A DNA stretch of 64,000 nt, from contig OY969116.1 of assembly GCA_963698075.1 (NCBI GenBank), positions 734,131-798,130 on the forward strand, read 5' to 3'. Numbering within the stretch: position 1 is the stretch's first letter; each line of letters starts with the position of its first letter. This document shows, piece by piece, positions 1 to 9,550 of this stretch. The stretch comes from an uncultured Candidatus Berkelbacteria bacterium (lineage in GTDB: Bacteria; Patescibacteriota; UBA1384; UBA12157; JAENIV01). Below the pieces are notes generated by a model. That model did not search any database and was not told the DNA's origin. It worked only from the letters and a program-made list of their open reading frames with translations. The position numbers and the translations under genes were made by a program.

Positions 1-331
1 GACCCGTTTTGTCACAAGCGGTGGCGACGATAATCCCACATGGCGTGTTCGGATCAGTATTATCCGTGCAGTCCACTCCCCGCTCTACACCCTCGGGCAA
101 ATCCGAGACAGGCGCAGGAGGGAAATGAACGTCGGTGATAACACCATCGAAACGATCGCGCATCCAATATACGTATTGGCTGCCGTCGTACGATTTCGTC
201 TGTATTTTTGGCAAATGTTCCATTGCCTCATACAGATTGGTAGCCTGCAGGACTTCATGCCCTGCTGCTTCCATCACCGAAACCGCTTCGGCCATGTGCT
301 GTGGATCATCCTCGACGATGAGGATACGCAT
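1..331 (-). CDS. response regulator receiver (REC) domain protein, partial (continues past window start)
   Basis: Minus-strand ATG at 329-331 preceded by GAAAGG RBS; translation MRILIVEDDPQHMAEAVSVMEAAGHEV...FDGVITDVHFP is a CheY-like receiver; no stop before position 1; GC ~55%. Confidence 0.55.
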   Translation of the reverse strand, partial: MRILIVEDDPQHMAEAVSVMEAAGHEVLQATNLYEAMEHLPKIQTKSYDGSQYVYWMRDRFDGVITDVHFPPAPVSDLPEGVERGVDCTDNTDPNTPCGIIVATACDKTG

Positions 332-573
332 TTGGCTTTCTACCTTTCATTTCCTCAATTCTTACTGCCAGCCTTCGGGCTACTTGCTGAAAATTGATGC
401 AAAACTTGCCATCTTTTCCCAGAAGACCACCCTGACTGGTTCGCCAGAGACGTATTGGAAAGCGCCCATTTTCGCTTTCCTAATACTCCCAAGGCGATCG
501 GAATGGAAGAATTAAGATGGGCAGTACTCCGCTGCCAGGCTGTGCCATTTAACGTGCGTCAGCCACACGTGCT

Positions 574-651
574 TATGTTCAACTCTCGAACCTCGATATT
601 GCTATCGAAGCTCGAGGTTGACCCCGTTAGATGTAATGTTATCTAACGGGG
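574..651 (-). repeat. cassette-boundary element copy A: imperfect inverted repeat (GTTCAACTCTCGAAC / GCTCGAGGTTGAC) fused to hairpin CCCCGTTAGAT-N7-ATCTAACGGGG
   Basis: Read directly; same arm sequences recur at 22874-22989, 23270-23341, 25132-25205; hairpin arm CCCCGTTAGATA recurs at 24670 and 53641. Confidence 0.5.
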
Positions 652-659
652 GAAAGTCG

Positions 660-1235
660 TTACAACGGGATACTGAAAGATGCTTCCCAGTACCAGCAGT
701 CCTCCTTGGAAAGACTTGGCGCGGCGTAGAGGGAAACGTTCTTATCGCGCCAGGTGGGGCCAAGGTAGACGTCACTGTCGTAACCAGGCATCGCCAGGAC
801 CGCCGCCATCGCGCCGAGCTTGCCTCCAGGTTGATAGTCCCCGAAGACATAAACTCGACTGGTAGTGTTGTCCTTGGCGGCGAACAATGGTCGGACAACT
901 AGGGTTAGTTCGCGGGTGATTGGCTGAACGTGATTCACCCCGATCCAGAGACGGCTCAGACTGTCGTAGCGGATGGCCAGAGAAGTCAGTGATCCGATTT
1001 TGCTTACGTACAGGGTCTGACGAGAGGTGTCGTCGGAGAAGGACTCGTCGGTAAGCCTGAGGCTCACCTTGTCGTTGCCGACGCGGATGTCGGTCATTCT
1101 GAAGAAGGTCGCGCAGTCGGCCGGGTTCATCTCGGTGCCGACAGTTAGGCTCAGCGACTTCAACTCGATAGGCGCGGCCTGGGCCAGGGAAGCAACCAGT
1201 ACGAGAGCAACCAGAGAAGCCAGGACGAATTTCAT
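660..1235 (-). CDS. secreted hypothetical protein (signal peptide MKFVLASLVALVLVASLAQA)
   Basis: 191-aa ORF, N-terminal hydrophobic signal with AQA cleavage-like site; GC ~55% (foreign-like). Confidence 0.5.
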   Translation of the reverse strand: MKFVLASLVALVLVASLAQAAPIELKSLSLTVGTEMNPADCATFFRMTDIRVGNDKVSLRLTDESFSDDTSRQTLYVSKIGSLTSLAIRYDSLSRLWIGVNHVQPITRELTLVVRPLFAAKDNTTSRVYVFGDYQPGGKLGAMAAVLAMPGYDSDVYLGPTWRDKNVSLYAAPSLSKEDCWYWEASFSIPL

Positions 1236-1461
1236 TGTTTTCTCCCGCGTTTAAGGTCCGCCGACCATAGTTTTAAGGTTCAATACCCCTGAAGCCGCTT
1301 TTTGAAGGGCCTCAGGGGGTTGAACCAAGTTGTCAATGTACGTTTTAACCTGTTAGCAACCGATTTATCTGGTCGAAATCATCTCTCTCATTTTCCGAAC
1401 ATCATAGTATACCACAAAACAATACAAATGTCAAGTCTTTTTCGTCATTATTGATATAAGG

Positions 1462-1539
1462 TGTATATCTTGACATTTTAATATAAATATGGTATGATGT
1501 CAATAGTGACGACATATAATCGTCAACATCAGGAGTAGG
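1462..1539 (+). promoter_or_regulatory. sigma70-like promoter of TrmB paralog 1 (TTGACA 1470-1475, 17 bp, TATGAT 1493-1498) with palindromes TTGACAT..ATGTCAA and TGACGAcatataatCGTCA, RBS AGGAG
   Basis: Hexamers and inverted repeats read directly upstream of ATG 1540. Confidence 0.4.
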
Positions 1540-2307
1540 ATGGACATCAAATCATCATTAGAGCAAATTGGACTTCGAAAAAGACAAATTGATATTTACC
1601 TTGCTCTTTTGCAAATGGGCGAGGCAACTGTGCAAGAGATCGCTAATAAAACCAAAGTTAAACGAACTACCGTTTATAGTATTTTAGATGTTTTAATCGC
1701 CAATGGTTTAGCCACTTTTATTGAAAAAGAAGGCCACCGAACTTACTTTGCCGAGAACCCAAAAAAAGTTATTTTATATTTTAAAAACCAAGAGCAGGAA
1801 TTAAAAACCAAATTAAATAAATTTAGTGAGATAATCCCCGAACTTTCTTCGATTTATAATATTCAAGCTACCAAACCAAAAATTCGTTTTTACGAAGGCG
1901 TTGAGGGCTTAAAACAAGTTTTTGAAGAAACTTTAACGATTAAGCCACACGAAGAAATTTTGGCGATTGCCACGGCGGCTTTGATCCACGAGGTCCTTGG
2001 CGATGAATGGGTCAACAATTATTTAACCCGCCGCGTCGGCGGGAAAATCAAACAGCGGGCGATTGTTGAAGATTCGGCCTGGGGTAGAGAACATCAAAAA
2101 AATGATAAAAAAGAAAATCGGGTCACTCGCTTAGTGCCCAAAGAAAAATTTCCGTTTTCCAATGAGGTCAATATTTTTGGCAATAAAGTCATGATCGCCT
2201 CATTCAAAGATCAAATCGGAGTAATAATCGAGAGTGCCGATGTGGCCAGGACCCAAAGGGCGATATTTGAACTGGCGTGGCTGGGAGCCGATAAGTACAG
2301 TAAATAG
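1540..2307 (+). CDS. TrmB-family transcriptional regulator (wHTH N-term + TrmB C-domain), paralog 1
   Basis: N-terminal LEQIGL..IYLALLQMGEATVQEIA..TTVYSILDVLIANGL wHTH; paralogous to ORFs at 23916, 25751, 29992. Confidence 0.8.
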   Translation: MDIKSSLEQIGLRKRQIDIYLALLQMGEATVQEIANKTKVKRTTVYSILDVLIANGLATFIEKEGHRTYFAENPKKVILYFKNQEQELKTKLNKFSEIIPELSSIYNIQATKPKIRFYEGVEGLKQVFEETLTIKPHEEILAIATAALIHEVLGDEWVNNYLTRRVGGKIKQRAIVEDSAWGREHQKNDKKENRVTRLVPKEKFPFSNEVNIFGNKVMIASFKDQIGVIIESADVARTQRAIFELAWLGADKYSK

Positions 2308-2601
2308 TATTTGTATATGGTTATTAGTGATTAGTATAAGATAAAGATAAGGGAAAGGCGGCCTGATGGCCGCCTTTGAAATAGACGGTATTACAGGTTC
2401 TAGAAACGGTTCCAACTTCCAATCTTGGAGAAGGGCGCCGAGATGAAGGGCGGCAGCAAAGGGACCAATGCCCCCCAGAACGTATTCATCGTGAGTTGAT
2501 TCGCAGTGCGGCTTTATTAGCTTGAGGACTTGTTCGGCTTTGGGGATGCTAACTCCGGCTTGGGCGTAAGTCAGACCTTTCTCTGGTGGTTGCTGGCTCA
2601 T
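2200..2601 (-). pseudogene. remnant of PurM/AIR-synthase-superfamily gene (N-terminal fragment only)
   Basis: Translation GLTYAQAGVSIPKAEQVLKLIKPHCESTHDEYVLGGIGPFAAALHL matches the PurM-like N-terminal motif (LTYKDAGVDID...GGFGGLF) but diverges after ~70 aa; high-GC (2378-2610) patch; frame runs through the TrmB terminator hairpin into the TrmB gene 3' end. Confidence 0.4.
2355..2378 (+). terminator. hairpin AAAGGCGGCC-tgat-GGCCGCCTTTG downstream of TrmB paralog 1
   Basis: perfect 10-bp stem read directly; weak T-tail. Confidence 0.4.
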
Positions 2602-2707
2602 CCTCATCTCCTCGGACTTCAGCGCTATTTCATAAATATTATCTTTAGATTCAAAAGTCAAGAAAAATTTGACAAGAAGGGATATTTTTCCTCAAAATGA
2701 ACTCGAG

Positions 2708-3583
2708 ATGAACAAATTAATTCTTTGTATTGATTTGGATGAATGGTATCATGGTCGTTGGGCAACCGGATCAAAAAGGTCACACTGGCAAAACACCGAG
2801 GAGTTGTTTAAGGAATATTATCAATCCGATAGGCCTGCCGGGGAAATTATTAGACCGACCCAAGATATTCTTGAAATCTTGGGTAAAGAAAAAATTAAGG
2901 CCACTTTTTTTATTCTTGGGGAGGTTGCCCAATGGTATCCAAAACTTATCAAAGAAATTGCCAAAGAGGGTCATGAGATTGCCTGCCATGGTTTACATCA
3001 TGAGGATTTATCCTTAAAATCAAAAAGCAAGTTTATCCGGGAGCTCCGAGAAACTCGCCAAATTCTTGAGGATTTGTCAGGTCAAAAAATAATCGGTTTT
3101 AGGGCGCCAAACCTAATCGTCACCGATTGGTTGGCCCCGGTGCTTAAAGCGGAAAAATTTAGCTACGATTCCTCTGTTTGTCCGGCCAGAGCCTTTGGGG
3201 GCAAATATCAAAACCAGGCCAATATTCAACCCAATCCTTATCGGGTTGGTCAAACACTTTTAAAAAAAGGTAATTCTGGGCTTTTCGAAATCCCCATTCC
3301 CACTTTTCCGATCCTCAAACTCCCTGGCGCCGTCTCGATTGCCACGCGCATCTTTGGTTTAACTTGGACGAAAATTACTCTCAATCAAGCTTTAAAAACC
3401 GGTGCTACCTGTTATTATGTCCACCCCTATGAATTCAATCGTCCTCCGAAAGTGCCAATGACTTATCATGAGAAAATCTTTTTCAGACGCTCTGGCCCTT
3501 GGATGAGAAAGGCTTTTAGCAAAATCTTAGCCGACTACCGTTCAAGAATTACCTCGGCCAAGAACTATTTAGAAATATTTTAA
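2708..3583 (+). CDS. polysaccharide deacetylase (CE4/NodB-homology) family protein
   Basis: Motifs LILCIDLDEW (Asp-Asp motif 1) and ACHGLHHEDL (H-x-x-x-H motif 2), GFRAP; alternative TTG start at 2669. Confidence 0.75.
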   Translation: MNKLILCIDLDEWYHGRWATGSKRSHWQNTEELFKEYYQSDRPAGEIIRPTQDILEILGKEKIKATFFILGEVAQWYPKLIKEIAKEGHEIACHGLHHEDLSLKSKSKFIRELRETRQILEDLSGQKIIGFRAPNLIVTDWLAPVLKAEKFSYDSSVCPARAFGGKYQNQANIQPNPYRVGQTLLKKGNSGLFEIPIPTFPILKLPGAVSIATRIFGLTWTKITLNQALKTGATCYYVHPYEFNRPPKVPMTYHEKIFFRRSGPWMRKAFSKILADYRSRITSAKNYLEIF

Positions 3584-3588
3584 AGAAA

Positions 3589-4263
3589 ATGCCCCCAAAA
3601 ATTCCTGAATCAGAATTAGTCAAAAAATATTACAATGGCTGGGCCAGTAATTATAATTTAGCCCTGGAAGAAGAACACGAAAAAAATGTTCGGCAAAAAC
3701 TGATTAATTGGCTGTTTCAAAGAAAAAAACTTTTAGCTGAAAGGGATCAAGCGATTATTAGGGCCTGTCAAAGATTTTCTCTCAAAAACAAAAAAATTCT
3801 TGATGTTGGTTGCGGCACCGGTCAAAATAGTTTTGTCCTGGCCCGTTTGGGAGCCAAAGTCATTGGCTACGATTTTTCGGCCAAACTCGTCAAATTTTGC
3901 CGGACTAAAGCCAAAATGTTAGGTCTCGAAGATCGCGTTCACTTTGAAGTCAGAGATTTAACCAAGGATCGTCTGCCCCCAAGTGATCTGATTTTATGCT
4001 CAGCCGTGATTGAATTCTATCAAGATGTTCAGCCGATTTTTAAAAAATTTGCCCTTTCTGCCAAAGAGGCCATCATCATCGCTGACGCTCGTTTTCGTTG
4101 GCCAAGGTCGCCGCTGAGGATGATTTTGGGTCGGCTGAAAAACTTTCCGGTTTACTTCCACCAGCCGGATAAAATCAAAGCGATCGCTAAAAAATCCGGT
4201 TTTAAATGCACTTATCTTAAAATTACTCAAATCGCCCGAGTGTTTGTTTTTGAAAAAGCCTAA
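3589..4263 (+). CDS. class I SAM-dependent methyltransferase
   Basis: LDVGCGTGQNSFVLARLGAKVIGYDFS glycine-rich SAM-binding motif. Confidence 0.75.
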   Translation: MPPKIPESELVKKYYNGWASNYNLALEEEHEKNVRQKLINWLFQRKKLLAERDQAIIRACQRFSLKNKKILDVGCGTGQNSFVLARLGAKVIGYDFSAKLVKFCRTKAKMLGLEDRVHFEVRDLTKDRLPPSDLILCSAVIEFYQDVQPIFKKFALSAKEAIIIADARFRWPRSPLRMILGRLKNFPVYFHQPDKIKAIAKKSGFKCTYLKITQIARVFVFEKA

Positions 4264-4299
4264 AGATAGAAAAAATTCTTGATATGTTATACTAAAACT

Positions 4300-6528
4300 A
4301 TGGCTTTACAAACTCGAAAAAGTCACCTTTGGCTCTATTTATTTTTTGCTGCTTGGATAATTTTAATGTTTTTGCTAGGGTTTTATCTTTCACCGGTGAG
4401 CATTTTCATTATTTTTTTGGGTTTGATCTTTATTCCTGGCTTTGCTTTATCGAGGATTTTTAAAATCCAATACCAAAATGATCGTTTCGGTCAGTTGATT
4501 TTAACTTTAGTTTTAGGATTGGAATTTAATTTTACTCTTATCTTGGCGGCGATTTTATTAGGTTTGACGATCGCCGTTTTATTGAAAATATATCTTATTT
4601 TCTTTGGCCTAATTTTTATTTTAGCCTTGATTTTAGACATCTTAAAACCGCCGGAGACTAAACCTCTTTCATGGCGAGTAAAAGATTTGTTTAAAGCTGA
4701 ATATCTTGTCTATGTCCTTTTGGCCATTCTCATTCTTGCCGTTTTAATCACCGTTGATTATCTGGGGGCGAATTTTGTCGCTGATCCATTTTATAATTTG
4801 GCGATTATTCGCAAAGCCTTTGAAGGTCAACCACTGTTGATGCAAAACTTAAGCTATAATAAATATTCCCTTCATCCGGCTTTTGCTCTGCCAATTTGGC
4901 ATGTTTTTTTGGCCTTATTTACCAAAATTTTGGGGACGAATATTTTTGTTGTTTACCGAGAAATTCCGACCAGCTTAAGTCTTTTGGCTTTTCTTGTTTG
5001 GTATTGGTTATTCTTAAAAATCTTACCCAATCGTCGAGTCGCAGTGCTGGGTACGTTGTTGGTAATAATCTATTATCTGACCACCAGCGCTTATCTTTAC
5101 ACTCGGCTGCCAGTCCCGGATACCCTCAATGAATTATTTCTCATGCCTTTGGCATTTGCCGTGACTTTAAAATATATCTTTGCCCACTCCTCTAACTTTA
5201 AACATCTCATTGTTTTGATACTTTTCACCCTTTTCATGGGCATTATCCACTGGAATCATTACTTCCAATTTTTGTTTACCATGGCGCTTTTTACGATTAT
5301 CTATGCCATTTTGCAGTGGCGCTCAGGTGATTTTAAAAAAGTTTTTAAGAAAATTTTTATCGCTTCTTTTGGAAGCGTCATTTTGGCTGGCTTGGTTTTT
5401 CTACTTTTTGAGTCAAAGGGAGGGACGATCTCAGAGCATTTACAAATTTTTCCCAATTTGAAAATGCAATACCGTTATATTCGATTTGTCCAATTCGATC
5501 AATTCTTAAAATATGCCTATATATTCTTGCCTTTTCTGGTTTTGGGCATCCGTAAATACCGCCAATTGATATTTACTTTAGCTTTATTTTTGATCGGCCC
5601 GATTATTTTTAATTTTCCGGGCGTCAAGGATTTTTTAATCAATCATTTAAGCAGCGTTTTTGTTAAGCGTTTTTATGCCAATAACGGCTGGCCATTTGTC
5701 GTCTGGGCGATTGTTATTGGTTTTATTTTTGTTTTATTTGATCGCCTAATCTCAAAGATAACCCAAAAATTGATTTTTTGGCGCTATTTAATTGATGGCA
5801 TCTTGATTGCTCTGGTAATTATCGCCTTCTATACTCAGCTTAAGTTCGCCACCGCAAGTCAAATTTATCAGAGAATATTTTCACCCGGAGCTGACCAGTG
5901 GTTAAACCATTATTATCAATGGTTAATACCTATCGTTCTTATCATGGTTTTAATAATTTATTTCTTAGCCAGATATAATGCCAAAATTAATGATTTTTTT
6001 GTTTTTTCTCATTATCAAGATGAGGTTTTTATTTTTGGCCTAATCGCCCTTTTAACTATTTTACTGGCCAGTCCAGCGATCAGTCTTTTTCAAACCAACG
6101 TCAAGAAAGACCTGAGCCAGAAACATTTTATTAGAAGCCAAGAAGATCCAACTTTCTCGATCGTCGATACCAATGATTTTGGGGGAATGGCAACCATTGA
6201 TTTTATTCGCCAAAATATTCCGGCCAAGGCAGATTTTGATAGCAATTCGGCAAATTATGTTTTACCCTTGATGGTCGATGTTTTTACCATCTATACTTTT
6301 GACCCTGATCCAATCAAGAAATATAAGGATCTTTACGAAAATATTCCCATCCAAAAGAAGTTGGCCATTCTCAAAGAGGGCAAGATCGACTATATTCTCT
6401 ATGTTTTCCCCGATCCAAGTGGGAGTTCGCCCTTTGATTCTTTTGGTCAATATTTTATGAAAATCTACGATAATGGCCAGGCAGCGATTTTTAAGATAAA
6501 CAAAACAACGGTCAACGCCGCCAGCTAA
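4300..6528 (+). CDS. large polytopic membrane protein, GT-C-like (paralog 1 of 3); candidate lipid-linked glycosyl/oligosaccharyl transferase
   Basis: ~15 predicted TM helices plus soluble C-terminal domain; first-loop motif DPFYNLAIIRKA and PIWHVFLALF conserved in paralogs at 7362 and 9547; ATG 4300 (tool ORF starts at TTG 4279); extended -10 TGTTATACT just upstream. Confidence 0.6.
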   Translation: MALQTRKSHLWLYLFFAAWIILMFLLGFYLSPVSIFIIFLGLIFIPGFALSRIFKIQYQNDRFGQLILTLVLGLEFNFTLILAAILLGLTIAVLLKIYLIFFGLIFILALILDILKPPETKPLSWRVKDLFKAEYLVYVLLAILILAVLITVDYLGANFVADPFYNLAIIRKAFEGQPLLMQNLSYNKYSLHPAFALPIWHVFLALFTKILGTNIFVVYREIPTSLSLLAFLVWYWLFLKILPNRRVAVLGTLLVIIYYLTTSAYLYTRLPVPDTLNELFLMPLAFAVTLKYIFAHSSNFKHLIVLILFTLFMGIIHWNHYFQFLFTMALFTIIYAILQWRSGDFKKVFKKIFIASFGSVILAGLVFLLFESKGGTISEHLQIFPNLKMQYRYIRFVQFDQFLKYAYIFLPFLVLGIRKYRQLIFTLALFLIGPIIFNFPGVKDFLINHLSSVFVKRFYANNGWPFVVWAIVIGFIFVLFDRLISKITQKLIFWRYLIDGILIALVIIAFYTQLKFATASQIYQRIFSPGADQWLNHYYQWLIPIVLIMVLIIYFLARYNAKINDFFVFSHYQDEVFIFGLIALLTILLASPAISLFQTNVKKDLSQKHFIRSQEDPTFSIVDTNDFGGMATIDFIRQNIPAKADFDSNSANYVLPLMVDVFTIYTFDPDPIKKYKDLYENIPIQKKLAILKEGKIDYILYVFPDPSGSSPFDSFGQYFMKIYDNGQAAIFKINKTTVNAAS

Positions 6529-6540
6529 ATTTCCAGTTCT

Positions 6541-7287
6541 CTAATATTGATAATCAGCCAAGTTGATATAATTATATTTATCTATTTTGGCGGTATATCC
6601 CTGTCCCAATTTGAGCATAAAATCTTTGACATTAATGACCCGAACAACATCTTCTTGAGCTTTTTCATTTAATTGGTCACCTGCTTTTAGGAAAAATTTC
6701 TTTGTCTCACGTGGCTGACCGGCCATTAATTCCTCCGCACTTTTATTTATCCAAACATTAATCGTCGGATCAAGAATTTGCCAATGACCGTCAAATTTGA
6801 TCTCGACAAACCCGTGGGACCCATTATTGGTCGAGATAGTTCTAAATTCATAGCCGCCAGCTCTGTCTAAAAGCATGGCCAAAAAAAGAGTATTCGTTCC
6901 GCAATGAAAGTACTCACTGCCCCAGAGCACTTCTTTGAACGTATTTTCTTTGAGTTCTCTTTTGCCGTAAAACCCGAACATATGAACAAAATTCATCATA
7001 AAGAGGGCTCGTAGTTTATATTCATCAGAGGTGCCTGCCATTTTGACAAAAGTGGAGTGATATTTCGCTAAACGCTTATCTAATTTTTGGACAACGACGG
7101 CGGCTGAATCTTCGTTGCCAGCAAGAATCTCATTTTTGTCAAAGATTTTGTAATAAGTTTCTGATGATTTGGGGTTTAAGTGGGTTGAATTATATTTGAA
7201 CCAAGCAACTCCACCGACCGCCAAGATTAAAAATATAATTATTCCCCAAATTAAATTCCTGTGTAAAAATCCCTTAGAGCGTCTCAT
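6541..7287 (-). CDS. transglutaminase-like (Cys-His-Asp) superfamily protein, membrane anchored
   Basis: CGTNTLFLAMLLDRAGG...HGFVEIKFDGHWQILDP catalytic triad arrangement; N-terminal TM; probable leaderless start MRRSKG (promoter TTGAGA-18-TATATT), longer ORF to 7323 possible. Confidence 0.6.
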   Translation of the reverse strand: MRRSKGFLHRNLIWGIIIFLILAVGGVAWFKYNSTHLNPKSSETYYKIFDKNEILAGNEDSAAVVVQKLDKRLAKYHSTFVKMAGTSDEYKLRALFMMNFVHMFGFYGKRELKENTFKEVLWGSEYFHCGTNTLFLAMLLDRAGGYEFRTISTNNGSHGFVEIKFDGHWQILDPTINVWINKSAEELMAGQPRETKKFFLKAGDQLNEKAQEDVVRVINVKDFMLKLGQGYTAKIDKYNYINLADYQY

Positions 7288-7361
7288 GATTTGAATATAC
7301 CACATTTCTCTCAATTTTCTCAAACTTCTGCTCGGGCAATATATGTTATACTAAAAATAGA

Positions 7362-9550
7362 ATGCGAAACATTAGTTTAGAAAACTTCCGACGAGGTTTC
7401 ATTTTAGAATATATTCTTTGGATTTTATTTGGCTTATTATTTTTGATCTTAGCAAAGACTGCACCCCAGATTTTTGCCAATCCTTGGTTTTTCTCCATGG
7501 CTTTTTTATATTTATTGCTTTTGCCGGGCTGGTTGCTTTTTGGAATTTTGAAAATTAAAATCGAAGATTTTGCCGGTCTTTTCCTTTGCTACTTGACCTT
7601 GGGTTTAATTTTTTATCTTATCCTGGCTTTGTTGGCAGTTCTAGCTGCTTTGAGCCTGGCTGCTTTAATTAAAATTTCCTTTGGACTGCTGATTCTTTTA
7701 TTTGTTTTAGGCTTCCTCTTAGCCCTTTTTAGACCCGCCAAAACACCAACTCTCCCCAAAAAAATTACCGAGGCTGATCTCTTCTTGTTATTGCCAATTA
7801 TTTTTGGGGCATTCATACTCTATGTCGTTTATCTGAAGGGACCCGGTTTAGATGGTGATCCCTATTTACACCTTTCAATTATTCGTAAAGCTTTTTTGGG
7901 AGATTCATTGTCGCCTCGGGCGCTGGCTTTCGCCAAAACTGGGCTCATCATGCCAGCTTATAATTATCCGATTTGGCATGTTTTCTTAGCTTTTTTAAGC
8001 AAAATCTTATCCTTGGACCCACTCATTGTCTGGTCCAATGTTTTATTTGCTTTGACAGCGATCATGCTCTTTATCTGGTACTGGTTTTTTAAGAAAATTT
8101 TTGTCCAAAAGGGCTGGTCGATTTTGGCTCTTTTAATTTTTTTGGCAGTGACCTTTTATGTCGGCACTGGTTATTTATTCACTCGCTTAGCGGTTCCGGA
8201 TACGCTTGCTCAATTCATTCTTTTGCCTCTTTTAATTGCCTTAAGCCTGGACTATATTTTCGCCCAAAACCAAAATCGAAGCCTGCTAGTTATTATTAGC
8301 TTGTTGGCCATTATTTCCCTTATCATTCATGGCCCTCATTATTTTTACTTCTTATTTATCTTTCTAATTTTCGGCCTCCTTTACACCATCGTTGGTCTCA
8401 AAGATAATGCCTACAAAATCATTTTAAAAAAGATCGGTGAAGTCATTTTCATCTCTTTAATTCCCCTTGTACTTTTTGGGATTATAGTTGAAGCCCTAAG
8501 TGGCTCTTTGTCTATGATTCTAGCTGAATTTTCTAAAGCTTCCCCCCCAGAACTGAGGACGCAATTTTCAAGTTTTGGCTTGCTGACGAGATATGGATAT
8601 TTTCTTATTCCCTTCACCATTCTTTTTGTCCGACAAAAAAGAATTCTTTTTGTCATCAGCTCAATGGCCTTAGTGCCGTTAATCTATTGGACACCACTGG
8701 GAAATTTTTTGGGAAAAATTTTAAGTTTTGTTTTTGTCGAAAGATTGCGCGATAACACCGCCTTTTATTTCCTAGTTATCACCTTGATTTTGGGCCTTTT
8801 TGTTTTGGCCATCGACCGTCTCGCTAGTCTTTACTCGCGTTATCGCCATCTCTTGGAAATAATTTTAGTTGCCTTATTTTTCTTTCTTGTCGGATTGGAA
8901 GTTCGATCCCACAAAATTACCTCCTTTTCTTATAAGATTTTTTATGATAAATCAACCGCGGCCTATCTTGATAATCATTTAATTTGGCTTGTTTTTATCA
9001 GCTTTTTTTGGCTTTATTGGCTTGCCTGGTTCGGAAATTTTTGATTAAAAAAGAGATCATCATTAGTCAACAAATCTTTCAAAATCAATTAATCTGTTTT
9101 TTGGTAATCGTAATAATTGCTTTTTTCTTTTTTGCGCCATCATTGGAATATCTCCCGGTCGACTTACATCAACCAATGAAAGAAACTGCCCAGGATTATT
9201 TCCTAAGAAGGCTTAGTGGTGACCCGGGGGCTTTGTCTTTTGTCCAAAAAAACCTACCAGCAAAGTCGGTTATTTTAGCTGACGAAAATGCGACTAAAGT
9301 GCTCTCGGTGATGACCGGTAATTATATGGCTTACAACGTTGGTTCTGCTTATGAAGAGAGATTTAATTGGGTTTTTGACCCAACCACTCCAGATTCCGAG
9401 AAGGTAAATATCGTCACCTCTCCCGAATGGGCGATTGACTATATTTATTTGGCCGATCCGACCGCTGAGGGCCAGCATTTTCGCCTCCATCCAGAAATTT
9501 ATCAGAAAATATATGATGGACAGACAATAATTTATCAAGTGACTAAATGA
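7362..9550 (+). pseudogene. GT-C-like membrane protein paralog 2, interrupted by -1 frameshift at T7 homopolymer (9004-9010); possible phase-variable gene
   Basis: ORF 7362-9044 (560 aa) and ORF 8984-9550 (188 aa) overlap in different frames; together colinear with paralogs 1 and 3; T8 would give an in-frame fusion (...SFFLALLACLVRKFLIKKE...). Confidence 0.55.

Noticed and set aside
125-515. Plus-strand ORFs 125-397 and 135-515
   Set aside because: They are antisense shadows of the minus-strand response-regulator receiver gene (MRILIVEDD...).
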